A DNA stretch of 64,000 nt, from assembly GCF_028641065.1 (NCBI RefSeq), contig NC_073398.1, forward strand, positions 18,724,001 through 18,788,000. The letters are read 5' to 3'. The notes beneath the pieces are model-generated. The model was not told the origin of the DNA. It did no database searches and saw only the letters and a list, made by a program, of their open reading frames with translations. A program made the translations under genes and the position numbers. The stretch comes from Leucoraja erinacea. Its lineage: Eukaryota. Positions 62,456-64,000 of this stretch are shown piece after piece; positions within the stretch are counted from its first letter, which is position 1, and every line of letters begins with the position of its first letter.

Positions 62456-63469
62456 ATATTAACAGAACTGTAAATTATCTATTTAGTATTTTTAAATCAT
62501 CAATATTTCAAAGGAGACCAGGATGTTAGCTTCATATCAATTAATATGCTTAACGTGGAACATACTAGGTTGCAAGTGCAGAAGTAAACAAAATCGGCCC
62601 AGTGAAGTATGTTGTTATTCTGTGTGTGGAGAGACTATTCCGTTAGCTCAGAGGAAGCTTGACTCCCTGCTGCACAAATATTGATGTTGCATGAGGATAT
62701 CAGCACCATCCAGTCATGCCTACTTGGGTTTCCATTCACTGGCAGAACTTAACAGCAGGCCTGCTGAGACCAGAAGAGCTCATTGCTCTGGTGTGAAAAT
62801 TATATTCAATCCGTTTGAGATTTACGCCCGGTGAAGAATCCCAATAATGTGCTGCATGTAGATTGTTTATACTTTTGCCTGAGTCATACAAGATAAATTC
62901 TTATCTTAGTAAGATTCACAGCTTTCCAGTTTAGCAGCAATAAGGTGTTCGGGATCAAGATCTGTGAAACAAATCAATGTGTGAATGTCCCTAACGTCCT
63001 GCACAAGGATCCATTGAATAAATATCAGTGAAGTTACACAGATAACTAGCTTGTCATACAGTGTCAGTTGTACAATTCTCGCGTGGCATTTGGCAATGTC
63101 AGAAATTGACACTGGATATATTACATGGATCTAGACAGACAGGGGATACATCTTCCAGCAGTCCAACTGAATTGATTAATCTTTAAAATACCAATAGTTT
63201 CATTACTGTCGCAAGGGTATCTGGAGGTTTTCAGTGTGGAATTAAGGTCATTGGTCATCCTTAATATAGTCAATAATTTATAAGAGAAAACATATGAAAT
63301 CAATAGATAGTAAAAATTCCAAACCATTATTTTATCCTTTGAACCACTGATAAATAAATTCATGTTCGATATCACTTTTATCACATTTAGAGTCCAAATT
63401 ACCTGCAGCGTTGGGTAAAACATGCCATGGGATGGGTTTGGCAAGTTCTAATTCAGGTAAAAAACACAA

Positions 63470-63747
63470 AGACACGGGTTAAATCCTGACCTTGGATATT
63501 GACTGTGTGGAGTTTGCATGTTCACCTTGTGATGCATGGGTTTCTTTTGGGTACTTCGGTTTCCTCCCACATCCCAAAGATGTGTGGGATTGTAGATTAA
63601 TTAGCCCATGTAAAATGGACGCTAAAGTGTAGGAAGTGGATGAGAAAGTGGGATAACATAGAACTGTGGTGTGAATGGGTGGTCCATGTCAGTGTGGACT
63701 CGATGGGCCAAACAGCCTGTTTCTGTGCTACATCTCTGAACTCTAAA
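63470..63747 (+). mobile_element. Older V-SINE (HE1-related)
   Basis: gggttaaatcctgac head remnant, ggtttcctcccacatcccaaaga core, CR1-like end. Confidence 0.75.
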
Positions 63748-64000
63748 ACAATTTATAAGAAAAAATAATTAAGAGGGTTATTCAAATAAAATATCAGAGT
63801 AAGTGCAGTTGTCAATGATTTTCACCAATAGACAGTGACCTGGCTAATGCCACTGATTCCCAATCAAACTACAGGAACCCACTGTTAGAGTAAGGCCACG
63901 TGCAAATTGGAGTAACTGCACCTCATATTTCACTTGGGCAGCTTACAACCCAGCGGCATGAATAATGATTTCTCATTACTTCAAGTAACCCCTTGGATTC

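Overview
Repeat-dense, AT-rich vertebrate DNA, intergenic or intronic. The repeat families (HE1-type V-SINEs, HER1/CR1 LINEs, Neptune-type Penelope elements) point to a cartilaginous fish, probably a skate or ray; this is inference. I found no intact host protein-coding gene, rRNA, tRNA or CRISPR array. Nearly all long ORFs are retroelement fragments or their antisense shadows. Main features: (1) a ~4.75-kb DIRS1-type tyrosine-recombinase retrotransposon (22771-27528, -) with intact ITR/ICR terminal architecture but decayed gag, RT/RNase H, methyltransferase and recombinase ORFs; (2) a Penelope element (35751-36822, +) whose pseudo-LTR carries a minimal hammerhead ribozyme, plus about 20 dispersed pLTR fragments, several of them fold-back mini-elements with 11-15 bp target-site duplications; (3) a decayed FAM110-family gene fragment (3941-4348, -) beside a transposon-like end; (4) a PIF/Harbinger derivative holding relics of both its MADF and transposase genes; (5) a non-autonomous Helitron, a hAT MITE, two related solo LTRs, an ancient Gypsy relic, and Tx1, RTE, Rex/Babar and many CR1 LINE fragments; (6) two unique, motif-rich segments that may be enhancers. 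Family calls rest on motifs recognised by eye, and boundaries of old repeats are approximate.
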